In this document: one piece after another, positions 40,201-48,308 of the stretch
Numbering within the stretch: position 1 is the stretch's first letter
Layout: the number at the start of each line of letters is the position of its first letter
IMG/VR virus record: IMGVR_UViG_3300032247_000485
Location: 1-49,864 of that record
Length of the DNA: 49,864 bases
Source of the DNA: a virus
Lineage: Duplodnaviria; Caudoviricetes
Direction: 5' to 3' (one strand)
The notes under the pieces: generated by a model
What the model was told of the DNA's origin: nothing
The model's input: the letters and a program-made list of their open reading frames with translations, nothing else
Databases searched by the model: none
Position numbers and translations under genes: made by a program

Positions 40201-40623
40201 CACATTACCTGCGGCCAATCCCGGAACCATGTAATGCCCCAAGTTAGGATTGATACACGCAAACCAAAATCCGCGGTTGGCATCGCCACCAATAAAAGTA
40301 CAAATAACTTGATTACCAATATCCGGAACTACCGCCCACATACCGTAACTATGTTGTACTTCGTCAAATGTATTATTAGAGCTGGTTGGTTGTAGCGTAC
40401 TTCCATAGAACGGACTTGCATAACTTACTGTGCGCCAATTCTTAGGATCATCTTCTTGGCCACCCATATCTGGAATCCATACAGACAAACGTCCGGCCCT
40501 AATGGGGTCTACATTGTTTTTAATGATACCAATGAAAGGACCAGAGTCAATACGCACACCCGGGGTGTCTTCTCTGCGTACTCGCTGCGGTAACTTTTTG
40601 CCTAATCGTTTATCTGTTGACAT
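37294..40623 (-). CDS. Baseplate central spike, gp5/VgrG-like, with two lysozyme-like domains and a peptidase M15-like domain
   Basis: OB-fold (DP...GRLSVWIP, PDIGNQV..F) and beta-helix (GHTFVMDD, GHQIMMND). Then IASLES...AVGRYQ...EWAS, IGYAES...GRYKF, and SSTVRT..EQ...NH..G.AADV...DPPHVQ. Confidence 0.85.
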   Translation of the reverse strand: MSTDKRLGKKLPQRVRREDTPGVRIDSGPFIGIIKNNVDPIRAGRLSVWIPDMGGQEDDPKNWRTVSYASPFYGSTLQPTSSNNTFDEVQHSYGMWAVVPDIGNQVICTFIGGDANRGFWFACINPNLGHYMVPGLAAGNVVDNESTKDAKLKGLYDPATSNWPVAEFNETTDAAASPTWVNNGKPVHPFQANVLLNQGLDRDRVRGAVTSSSQRESPSNVFGISTPGRPTNDPMDDPTFADKLKAGTLTDVDYAIKGRKGGHTFVMDDGDQTGGSQLIRLRTAGGHQIMMNDTDRSMYIANSDGSVWMEFTGGGHINLYSSAGLNIRTEGDLNLHSDKDINMHSGGTIKMKAEGAIATETATHTIRATSGLSIGAGKVGILSDGAMTMQSASGGWNSDGKLVLKGSKIMLNTESPPAVAEVPNLKTYEQSDTGWTDGKWVNQESVFESIAMIAPSHEPWPRGAGKGAPAKKVVSQFAPAPQPVKQTSVCAPPGGVAPGSTVVDVGSGAGPFGDYIASLESGRPAYNAFNRGSSPPPGTGSPRESLDLTNMPISEILAAMNLPQTPENKTKRLFAVGRYQCIPTTLTAACTKLGINTSSPFSKEVQDNIFVNYLCKSKQPKINAYLSNPNKDDQALLTEAISATAGEWASVVDPKLGRGRYDGVGTNSAHGAVTQSELALKSQWDFLKANGNTNVVTSGTGAVVTSGSGAPVTTGAGALDPGQEAAKGKPVEKPAPQESMSKADAPNPVAIASTQDKIPGLIATQVKALMVQIGYAESDSDYTAQDTTLGRIGRYKFNNILLRDYGYIKPDYVKMYKTQAVFRDDAYTGKDGINSVSDFTSGKGVQNSLMEKIINDYYAALVKNQGIAIQDDVCTVAGMIAVAYYFRDSERGFISGNPPDQAKFWRQQRLNSGNGNALGIAPYNQGRYAIDVLSIASAGAPALAARSALTSGINPDDVLTFSTRSGDRAHFDAATADFRDRLLSAAQEYKEKTGKKLTISSTVRTQKEQDAIYNGWIAAGGQLPGNPTVNVSPYGNISRPVKIVGNHGLGIAADVGTAAAAEMNSMGILAKFGLYLFDPVGDPPHVQLQPDLRPQNLATIQDLPGTNAG

Positions 40624-40633
40624 TTATTATCCT

Positions 40634-43600
40634 TTATGCCGTTGCTGTCGTTGAGCCCGATGCATTGGCAAGATCATTCTCTAATTGTGCTTTTACTGGG
40701 AACAGAGCATTGAACTCGGTTGCCAATGCTGTACGTTTATCGGCTTTGGCCTGGAAGTCGGCTTTGGCAGTTTGATACAACAATTCCGGATCACTGAATG
40801 TTTGACCATTGAATGATCCTTCCCAATTTGCACTATAAGTTTTACCGGCTGGGTTGAAGAATTCAGCGGTATTGTAGGCCTGTTGTGCCGCATCAGTTGC
40901 CGGACCAAGTTGGGCTGCGAGCGCATTGCGACTATTTTCATTGGCCGCCAATTGAGCTTTTAAATCGGTAATCTGCTGAGAGTTAACTACTGCTGGTGGC
41001 GGTGTTGCTGGTGGATTTTTTGGTTCCGGACTTGCAGTATCAGCAGTCTTCTGTGCGGTAACATCTACTTCTTTTGCTCCTGCCATATCGGCACCAATCT
41101 TCTGTCCTTCGGTCGCTGCTGCACTCTCCTCAGCATTTGCGGTGGTTGCTTTGGGAATAGCCTGACGGCTCACTATAGGTTCTTCTTTAACTACAGCCGG
41201 TGCCGGCAATTCTTTCTTAGCGGTATCATCTGTGGTAGATGTACCAGTATCATTCTTAATTAATCTAGGATCAGTTGCAGCAAATGTCCTACGTGCTTCA
41301 ATGGCTGCGGCTTCTAATCGTGGAGTATTCTTAGAATATTCATCTGCATCTTCAAATATTCTAATTAGATCTAATGTCTGTACAAATTGACCTTTGCTAA
41401 ATTCACTGTCAATGGTTTGCACTTTATAAAATCCAGTAAATCTTGATTTTTCATAATTTGAATTAAATTTAGCAAGGCCAGTGGCATCATCCATGTCAAT
41501 TGGAGTTCTAAAATTAATATTACAGAAAAACTCTCCACTGTCCATGTTAATAGTACCTTCATTTAACATAAACTTTGTATCATTGTATCCACTCATGCCA
41601 GGATTGGTGTAGATATCATCTTGCTTGATAAAATGTGGATCTCCGATAATTTTCAATTTGACACTCAACATATCGCCGCGACTGCCACTGTATATGCTTT
41701 TCATTGCATTTGCAACAAGAACTGTTTTAGCTGTATCTGCTCCTGTGGCCTGCACAGATGCATCACTGCTGACAAATTTATGTTGCAACGGAGTTAATGT
41801 TTTATTGCCGGGCGGCTTTTTTGGATTCTCTTTAGTTGCTGCTCCGTCGTATGCTCCAGTTGCCCCGCTTGTTGCTTCTGCTCGTTCTCTATTAATGGTA
41901 ATAGTTGTAAAAAACGCACTGTCAAAATCTATTGCCAAATCAAGAATGTCAATGTTTTTACCTGTGTATATATAATCGTATTCTTTAACCGCTCCCTTGG
42001 GCTTTGCCTTGGGCATGTTGGGGTGCTTACTATTGTAATATGAATATTTTTTAATGTAATAGGTTGTTTTAAATGCAAACTCGTTTCGTAATGGGTCAAA
42101 TTCCTTTAGGGTTATTTTAGGTATAATTCTAAAGTAATCAACGGTCTTATCTGTGGCAAAATCAGTTTTATCTGTTAACGGATCTTTAACTTGATTTTTA
42201 ATATAATCACTGTTACGCATCACTAGGTTAATCACATCGACTACACTAGTACCAGATGTCACATTAAACAACATGGTCTTGGGATCAAAACTGTTTGACG
42301 GAGTTTTACTACTTACTTCTTTATTGTTGCTCTGTGCCGCGGCCTTTTTAGAATCAGTGCCCGGTGGTGGCATATTACTTCTAGCATATGGCATCTTCTT
42401 TGGATCTACAATAGGACTATTTTTAATAACATCGTCTGGCACAAATGCAAACTCAATTTCGTTTGCATATATTGCATGTCCATCATCGACTAATTTTTGA
42501 TTCCACGCATTCCATGCACCTGTGTAACTCTCAACACTGTATGGTGAATTTACAACCTTTAATGCTGCATCGAGTTTTTTTGCATCGCCGCCAAGGCCAA
42601 CTCGTTGACCGGGCTGTAAAATAGGATTGCCATCATCATCGTTGGTAATACCAGCGGCAAGTATTGCATCGTTACGTGCCTGTTCCTTGGCCGTCATTTG
42701 TTTAGCCAGGGATGCAGCCGCAACATCTTTAAAGAAGTCTCCCACTGTACCGGACTTAATTTCAAAGTTGGCCGGTGTACTATTGGTTGACTCCATTAAT
42801 GCTGTATGGTTGTACGGAATTGCTTTAACTGCATATTCAGTTCCCCGGGTACCAACTTTAATTTTAAATGCAATAAAATTGATAGGCATGCGTTTTTGTA
42901 GATGCGGTATGGGGTGTTCTGTTTTACCTAGATCATCACTTCCAAAGAAATCAATTTGCAGTAGATACGGTTGTGCAACATAATTGCCAGATCCATCTAT
43001 GCTAGGATCGGATGCCAAATCAACCAATCGATCCATTAGTGTAAGTCCATATGGTTCAATAAGTGTGAAATCCATCTCAACCATGTTTGTGCCACGTGTT
43101 AATTCCGTTTGTCCAACTATGGTTTTCATTTTCAAATTATCAAAGTAAAAATCTTCTTTGAACAAAGGATGTCGATTTTCATGGTATCCGCCAGCGGAAC
43201 TGATCAAACTGTATGATGGCATCCAATTACTAGTGGCAGTACCATTAACTAATTCGTTATAGTTATCATGAGACAATACAAACAAAGTTAAGTTATATGT
43301 GTACGTTGCGTATTTGTGCAAGGGATTGGCTTGCGGACTTGGTATTTCTAATGTGGTTGCCGGGGTTACTGATTCGGGACCTGTTTTGGTTATTCCCTTT
43401 GATTCGGCACTTGATGATGATTGTGTGGCATCATCTGCATTTGCTGCGGCAGTTCTTGGTTGTGTGTTTAATGCCGGCGCAGGGAATTTTTCGGCCGCCT
43501 TGATTTTTGCATCATCTTTGTCGGTTACTGGTGCATCAGTGGATAGTTTTGCTGCAGAATCTGATGATGCCTTCCCGTCTGTCTGCGGCGGTGACGGTGG

Positions 43601-44119
43601 CTGAGCAGAGGGTGTAGTTGATGCTGACTGTGGTGGAGCCGATTTTGTTACTGCTTCGCCTGCTGTTTGATTTGCTGCCGCAGTTTCTGTTGCTTTTTTA
43701 TTTGCTGCTTCGGTTTCGGCTGGGGCAATTAATGCTTGTGCTTCTGCGGCCTTGGTGGCAAAGTTGGCCGTTAAATCTTCCCTGGCCGCGTCTACCTCTG
43801 CTATGCTAGTATTCAGTTTAGTTAATTTTTCATTATTACTTTTTATGTTGGCTTGAACTTCTGCTAACCGATTGACCCATCTTTCCAACGGTTCAGTACT
43901 GCCTTGTATCTTTGCTTGCAACTCTCGTGCAGTCAACTCAAGTTGAGTAGTTTCTTCTGCTGTGCTCGCTAACCGACTCTGTAATGAATCTTTAGATTTA
44001 TAAAGTTGGGAGATTGCTTGATCTAGGGTACCGCCTACTTGGGATAACAAGCCTTCACCATCCGAGGCTGTTGCTGTAACTATTATACCAGCTGGCGAAT
44101 TTGAATATGATACTGACAT
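40634..44119 (-). CDS. Putative baseplate hub protein (gp27-like) with long low-complexity arms
   Basis: Sits between the gp53-like and gp5-like genes. Has NPLHKYATYTY, IEPYG, IIGDP and GFYKV..IDSEFS.GQFVQTL.LIR. Confidence 0.65.
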   Translation of the reverse strand: MSVSYSNSPAGIIVTATASDGEGLLSQVGGTLDQAISQLYKSKDSLQSRLASTAEETTQLELTARELQAKIQGSTEPLERWVNRLAEVQANIKSNNEKLTKLNTSIAEVDAAREDLTANFATKAAEAQALIAPAETEAANKKATETAAANQTAGEAVTKSAPPQSASTTPSAQPPSPPQTDGKASSDSAAKLSTDAPVTDKDDAKIKAAEKFPAPALNTQPRTAAANADDATQSSSSAESKGITKTGPESVTPATTLEIPSPQANPLHKYATYTYNLTLFVLSHDNYNELVNGTATSNWMPSYSLISSAGGYHENRHPLFKEDFYFDNLKMKTIVGQTELTRGTNMVEMDFTLIEPYGLTLMDRLVDLASDPSIDGSGNYVAQPYLLQIDFFGSDDLGKTEHPIPHLQKRMPINFIAFKIKVGTRGTEYAVKAIPYNHTALMESTNSTPANFEIKSGTVGDFFKDVAAASLAKQMTAKEQARNDAILAAGITNDDDGNPILQPGQRVGLGGDAKKLDAALKVVNSPYSVESYTGAWNAWNQKLVDDGHAIYANEIEFAFVPDDVIKNSPIVDPKKMPYARSNMPPPGTDSKKAAAQSNNKEVSSKTPSNSFDPKTMLFNVTSGTSVVDVINLVMRNSDYIKNQVKDPLTDKTDFATDKTVDYFRIIPKITLKEFDPLRNEFAFKTTYYIKKYSYYNSKHPNMPKAKPKGAVKEYDYIYTGKNIDILDLAIDFDSAFFTTITINRERAEATSGATGAYDGAATKENPKKPPGNKTLTPLQHKFVSSDASVQATGADTAKTVLVANAMKSIYSGSRGDMLSVKLKIIGDPHFIKQDDIYTNPGMSGYNDTKFMLNEGTINMDSGEFFCNINFRTPIDMDDATGLAKFNSNYEKSRFTGFYKVQTIDSEFSKGQFVQTLDLIRIFEDADEYSKNTPRLEAAAIEARRTFAATDPRLIKNDTGTSTTDDTAKKELPAPAVVKEEPIVSRQAIPKATTANAEESAAATEGQKIGADMAGAKEVDVTAQKTADTASPEPKNPPATPPPAVVNSQQITDLKAQLAANENSRNALAAQLGPATDAAQQAYNTAEFFNPAGKTYSANWEGSFNGQTFSDPELLYQTAKADFQAKADKRTALATEFNALFPVKAQLENDLANASGSTTATA

Positions 44120-44120
44120 C

Positions 44121-44426
44121 TTATAATCCTAGGTCAGCAGTTAGGGTTTCCTTTGTTGGAATATATATCACCGTGCCAGCAGTAAATCCAAATACAGGAT
44201 CAGTAATAGTATTTGGATTACGAATAGCAAATACCCACCATAATCCGCTATCACCATACAAGTCATATGCTAACATGTCGGGACGGTACGCATACACAGT
44301 ATCAATCGTGTATGTAACATCACTATCCTTTTTAGTAATTGGACGATAAGTTAACACATCCATAAATGGGCCAAATGTAGGAGTACTGGCATATGGGCTG
44401 GTACTTTTATAGGTAACTCTTGACAT
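44121..44426 (-). CDS. Baseplate wedge protein, gp53/LysM-like
   Basis: YRPDMLAYDLYG..GLWWVFA.RN...G..IYIP. Confidence 0.85.
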   Translation of the reverse strand: MSRVTYKSTSPYASTPTFGPFMDVLTYRPITKKDSDVTYTIDTVYAYRPDMLAYDLYGDSGLWWVFAIRNPNTITDPVFGFTAGTVIYIPTKETLTADLGL

Positions 44427-45307
44427 TAGATGTAACCCCCTTTGCCCTTAATAAGTTTTCCGGCTGCAAAGTCATCAAGATTAAACTTATCATAGAGATT
44501 TCTGCGTGTGTAAATCGGTTGCAATGTTACAACCAATTGGCTACTAGTTGGTACCCGTGTGAACTGCATGGTATTTGGGTTGGTTCCATCTTTCTGTGCA
44601 AGTGTCTGTCCACCATTGGTTGGTACAGGGAGGTAGTCAACGTCGGCTGGCATAGTATGTTGAAAAGTAGTGATTACACAAGGTACATTTGGAAAGTAAT
44701 GGCTACCGTAGCCATTTAAAAACACCATGGGTGGCGGGTTTCCGACCTTGCCGCCTTGTCCGAAAAACATCTTTGTAGCGGCCCTGAAAAAATAAATACA
44801 AGCAAGCAGGTACTGACCTTCTGTTAAGTTTTGCACAGTGAAATCACCGGTTATGCTAATGGCTTGTACTTCCGAGCCCTCATAAGCATAATTTGTGTAG
44901 TTGCTATGCGTTAGTTGCTGTGAGCTATATCTGGCAGTATGATTAACCGATATTTGCGGAGTGTATGGAAATATTACCCCGCCGGTTGTTTTCAATGGAG
45001 CAAGAATTCCAGCACTAGCACTATTATAAAAATAATCAGCACTCTGAGCCAAACTTATTTTTAGGCGCCAATCGCTATCAGTTGCGGCAAATCCCACATT
45101 TGGTTTATTTGTAGTGGTTGCTGTATTTTTAGCACCGCCCTTGAGCAAGTTAGCAGCCGCTAGTCTGGTGTTACTGGGATCAACAAAGTTTAGGGCTTTG
45201 CCTAGTAACGAGTTTTGATCAGCTGAAGCAGACAAAGCGTTTCCAATGGAATTCTTTGCCTCGGTAGCGTAATCGGATAGTACTGATGAAAATAAGCTCT
45301 CTGCCAT
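44426..45307 (-). CDS. Putative tail tube initiator/baseplate protein (gp48/gp54-like)
   Basis: IFPYTPQI, ISITGDF, PPP.VFL..YG and VPCVIT.F....P.DVDY. Directly precedes the gp53-like gene. Confidence 0.65.
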   Translation of the reverse strand: MAESLFSSVLSDYATEAKNSIGNALSASADQNSLLGKALNFVDPSNTRLAAANLLKGGAKNTATTTNKPNVGFAATDSDWRLKISLAQSADYFYNSASAGILAPLKTTGGVIFPYTPQISVNHTARYSSQQLTHSNYTNYAYEGSEVQAISITGDFTVQNLTEGQYLLACIYFFRAATKMFFGQGGKVGNPPPMVFLNGYGSHYFPNVPCVITTFQHTMPADVDYLPVPTNGGQTLAQKDGTNPNTMQFTRVPTSSQLVVTLQPIYTRRNLYDKFNLDDFAAGKLIKGKGGYI

Positions 45308-45318
45308 GATTAAATCTC

Positions 45319-45347
45319 TTGCATTTGTAGTATTTATTTGTTATATT
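45319..45347 (+). promoter_or_regulatory. Candidate sigma70-type promoter for the gp55 region
   Basis: TTGCAT (45319-24), 17-nt spacer, TATATT (45342-47) with an extended TGn. The region is AT-rich, so alternative boxes exist. Confidence 0.5.
45331..45337 (-). promoter_or_regulatory. Late promoter box ATAAATA heading the baseplate operon
   Basis: 23 nt upstream of ATG 45307. Confidence 0.7.
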
Positions 45348-45515
45348 ATGTACTATTATTATAAGAAACGTTCACTAGAATCTGTTGAGAAATCTAGAGT
45401 TGGGTTATCTGGAAAGAAAAAACCATCTACACAATGTACACATTGTGGTAAGATTGGCGGAGTAAGTGCAATGTTAAGATGGCACTTTGACAAATGTAAA
45501 TTCAAGGAGATTTAA
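45348..45515 (+). pseudogene. Homing-endonuclease-like C-terminal remnant (NUMOD3-like helix plus Zn ribbon), or 55-aa mini-protein
   Basis: KKRSLESVEKSR..LSGKKKP followed by CTHCGK.GG..AM.RWHFDKCK. No GIY-YIG or HNH catalytic domain is present. Confidence 0.6.
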
Positions 45516-45516
45516 A

Positions 45517-46389
45517 ATTAAACACAATTACTTAAATAATAAAGACATCTTAAAGGAAATTCACAAAAGTAAAAACACTTATTGCAGTTATTCTAGCCCA
45601 GATTTCTGCGATTATGACATTATTTTGCCGGATATTAAGAAACTAAACAAAACGAACATACTTCAAGGGCGTAAAAATCGAGCAGAACGTCTTGCAAAGT
45701 TGGCACACGAGCTTGCAACTGCTGATGGCACCAAGCGTAAACTTGATGAGTTTGAAATTGATGTTAAAGACGTGGCCGCAACCGATGTGGTATTTAGAGT
45801 AATGTCGTGGGAACACGTACCATTTGATGACAGTAAAAAAGGTAAAAAAGTACTAGCATACGTTGACGAAGACGAACCTGTTAGCGAATATGATGACGAA
45901 GAAGAAGTTAAAACTACCAAATATACCAAATGCAATTTTCCACCATTTCAGCACTATAAAATAGATGATGCCAACGAACCTTATATAGTTGGCAAGAGTC
46001 ACTGGCGGGGTGCATTAGATACCGGAGAATACAGCAAAGACCATGGAGCAATGACCAAGAAACTGGCCCATATGTTCATGAAACTGTGTGAGCGTTATGC
46101 CACAAGATCAAACTGGAGAGGATACACCTACAATGACGAAATGCGAAGCCAAGCACTGTTGCAACTCAGCCAGATCGGATTGCAATTTGACGAATCAAAA
46201 TCGCAGAACCCTTTTGCGTATTATACTGCCGCTATCACTAACAGCTTTACTCGTGTGTTAAACATTGAAAAACGCAACCAAAACTTACGTGATGACATCT
46301 TAGAGATGAACAACCTAAATCCAAGTTATACTCGTCAGGGCATGGGTGGCATGGGCGGCGGTGGCGGTTCGTACGACGGAGATGAATAA
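45517..46389 (+). CDS. gp55: Late-transcription sigma factor, T4 gp55-like (probable ATT start)
   Basis: NYLNNKDIL.EI, NWRGYTYNDEM, FDESKSQNPFAYYT....NSF.RVL..EKR. SD AAGGAG at 45504-09 lies 7 nt before ATT 45517. Confidence 0.9.
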   Translation: MKHNYLNNKDILKEIHKSKNTYCSYSSPDFCDYDIILPDIKKLNKTNILQGRKNRAERLAKLAHELATADGTKRKLDEFEIDVKDVAATDVVFRVMSWEHVPFDDSKKGKKVLAYVDEDEPVSEYDDEEEVKTTKYTKCNFPPFQHYKIDDANEPYIVGKSHWRGALDTGEYSKDHGAMTKKLAHMFMKLCERYATRSNWRGYTYNDEMRSQALLQLSQIGLQFDESKSQNPFAYYTAAITNSFTRVLNIEKRNQNLRDDILEMNNLNPSYTRQGMGGMGGGGGSYDGDE

Positions 46390-46397
46390 ATTAGTCG

Positions 46398-46427
46398 TTG
46401 CTTTTTACCAACAACATTTGTTATACT
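46398..46427 (+). promoter_or_regulatory. Sigma70-type promoter for gp47-radical SAM-gp46
   Basis: TTGCTT (46398-403), 18-nt spacer, TGn-TATACT (46422-27). The expected +1 coincides with the A of ATG 46434. Confidence 0.7.
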
Positions 46428-46433
46428 GAGTCA

Positions 46434-47450
46434 ATGACTAACTTATTCAAAAAGGCTGCGGTCTTCACTGACATACATTTTGGACTAAAATCCAATAGCA
46501 CAGTACACAACGAAGATTGTTTAAATTTTGTTAAATGGGCAACTGCCAAGGCCCGAGAGGAAGGTTGTGAAACTTGCCTCTTTCTTGGCGATTGGCACAA
46601 CAATAGAGCCAGCATCAACATTCTTACACTAGGCTACAGCCTACGTGCCCTGGAGCATATGAATGACAACTTTGACAATGTGTACTTTATTCCTGGTAAC
46701 CATGATCTTTATTATAGGGATAAGAGAGATGTCCAAAGTGTTGAATGGGCAAAACATTTACCTAACATCCATATTGTTAATGATTGGTTTGACGATCGTA
46801 ACGTTGTTATTGCCCCTTGGCTTGTAGGCGACGATCACAAGCGTATTCCCAAACTAACAGGCAAGTACATGTTTGGGCATTTTGAACTGCCTGGTTATTT
46901 GATGAATGCCATGGTGGCCATGCCCGAACACGGTGAGCTACGTAGAGAAAACTTTGGTAACTTTGAACATGTGTTTACCGGACACTTTCACAAAAGACAA
47001 ACACAAAAGAATATCACATATATTGGAAATTGCTTTCCGCACAACTATGCTGATGCTGGAGACGATGACCGTGGCATGATGATTCTGGAATGGGACAAAG
47101 AGCCAGAGTTTCATGCCTGGCCCGAACAGCCCAAATATCGTGTGTTTAATCTAAGTGATGTACTACAACATACCGAAGCCATGCTACAACCCAGAATGCA
47201 TGTACGTGTTAACTTAGATATTGACATTAGTTACGAAGAAGCAACTTTTATCAAAGAGACGTTCATTGACACATACCAGTTACGTGAAATTACTCTAATA
47301 CCAAGCAAAGTCACAGACTTAACTGAATATGAAATACAGGGAAATATTGCATTTGAAAGCGTAGATCAAATTGTATTTGGTCAATTAAACAACATCGACA
47401 GTGATAAATTTAATAAGAATCTGTTGTTGGACATTTATAGGAATCTTTAA
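46434..47450 (+). CDS. gp47: Recombination endonuclease subunit (Mre11/SbcD-like)
   Basis: Metallophosphoesterase motifs TDIHFG, GDW, GNHD, GHFE and GHFH. Confidence 0.95.
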   Translation: MTNLFKKAAVFTDIHFGLKSNSTVHNEDCLNFVKWATAKAREEGCETCLFLGDWHNNRASINILTLGYSLRALEHMNDNFDNVYFIPGNHDLYYRDKRDVQSVEWAKHLPNIHIVNDWFDDRNVVIAPWLVGDDHKRIPKLTGKYMFGHFELPGYLMNAMVAMPEHGELRRENFGNFEHVFTGHFHKRQTQKNITYIGNCFPHNYADAGDDDRGMMILEWDKEPEFHAWPEQPKYRVFNLSDVLQHTEAMLQPRMHVRVNLDIDISYEEATFIKETFIDTYQLREITLIPSKVTDLTEYEIQGNIAFESVDQIVFGQLNNIDSDKFNKNLLLDIYRNL

Positions 47451-48308
47451 TTGATAGATTTAACCACCATTAAATGGCTACAAATCGAAGCTACCACTAA
47501 ATGTAATGCATGGTGTCCGGGCTGTAAGCGTAATGATGGCGGATACCAACTATCTACAGAATTTGTCATTGAAGATTTGACCATACCCAATCTGAGACAA
47601 GCATTAGATCAGTTACCCAACTTAAGTATCATTGATTTTTGCGGAACTTATGGTGATGCCATTGCAGCCGCAAATATTACCGAGCAAATTTCTCTTGCAA
47701 AACTATATTCTAAAAAAATCATTATAAGAACTAACGGTAGTCTACGTAATAGTGAATGGTGGAAATCCGTGGCAGTACTATTGTCTGATGTTGACCATGA
47801 AGTTTGGTTTTGTTTAGATGGATTATCAGATACGCATAGCATCTACAGACAAGGTACAAATTTTGATACCATCATCAAGAATGCAACTACATTTATATCA
47901 GCTGGCGGCACAGCCGTATGGCAGTTTATACCATGGAAACACAACGAACATCAAATTAAAGATTGTATTCGTATGAGTCAGCATTTGGGATTTAAAAGAT
48001 TTGAGTTTATCCGAGATGTTAGAAAAGATTTTGAATCAAAACACTATCAGACTGGACAACTACTAGACATACAGCCATGGGGCAATGATAAAAAACTTAA
48101 TAGGCTTGAACAAGTAAAAACGCAGGTACTTGCCAAAAACTGTCGACATTTGTCCCAACCCAGTGTATACTTAAATGCTACGGGCAAACTATCTACTTGT
48201 TGCTTTTTTAATAATAATATATCATCAGATAGTATTAATGATCTGCCGGATATTATAAATGAGTTAGACTCACCTAGACCTATATGCATGAAATATTGCG
48301 GAAGTTAA
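47451..48308 (+). CDS. Radical SAM protein with C-terminal twitch/SPASM-like domain
   Basis: CNAWCPGC, FCGTYGD, TNGS, LDG and YRQG, with C-terminal C...G..STCC...CMKYC. The TTG start abuts the gp47 stop. Confidence 0.88.
   Translation: MIDLTTIKWLQIEATTKCNAWCPGCKRNDGGYQLSTEFVIEDLTIPNLRQALDQLPNLSIIDFCGTYGDAIAAANITEQISLAKLYSKKIIIRTNGSLRNSEWWKSVAVLLSDVDHEVWFCLDGLSDTHSIYRQGTNFDTIIKNATTFISAGGTAVWQFIPWKHNEHQIKDCIRMSQHLGFKRFEFIRDVRKDFESKHYQTGQLLDIQPWGNDKKLNRLEQVKTQVLAKNCRHLSQPSVYLNATGKLSTCCFFNNNISSDSINDLPDIINELDSPRPICMKYCGS

Noticed and set aside
125-44719. Many short plus-strand and alternative-frame ORFs in the track (60-155 aa)
   Set aside because: They lie antisense to or inside long motif-bearing genes, have no recognisable motifs, and are the expected shadow ORFs.
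36911-45307. Bacterial T6SS or extracellular contractile injection system
   Set aside because: Linked gp55/gp47/gp46 genes, late promoters and phage-type fibres indicate a true phage. No T6SS membrane-complex or ClpV genes are present.
45306-45347. N-terminal part of the 69-aa track ORF as a signal or membrane segment
   Set aside because: The hydrophobic residues arise from AT-rich promoter DNA, and the GTG/ATG-type start overlaps the divergent gene's start codon.
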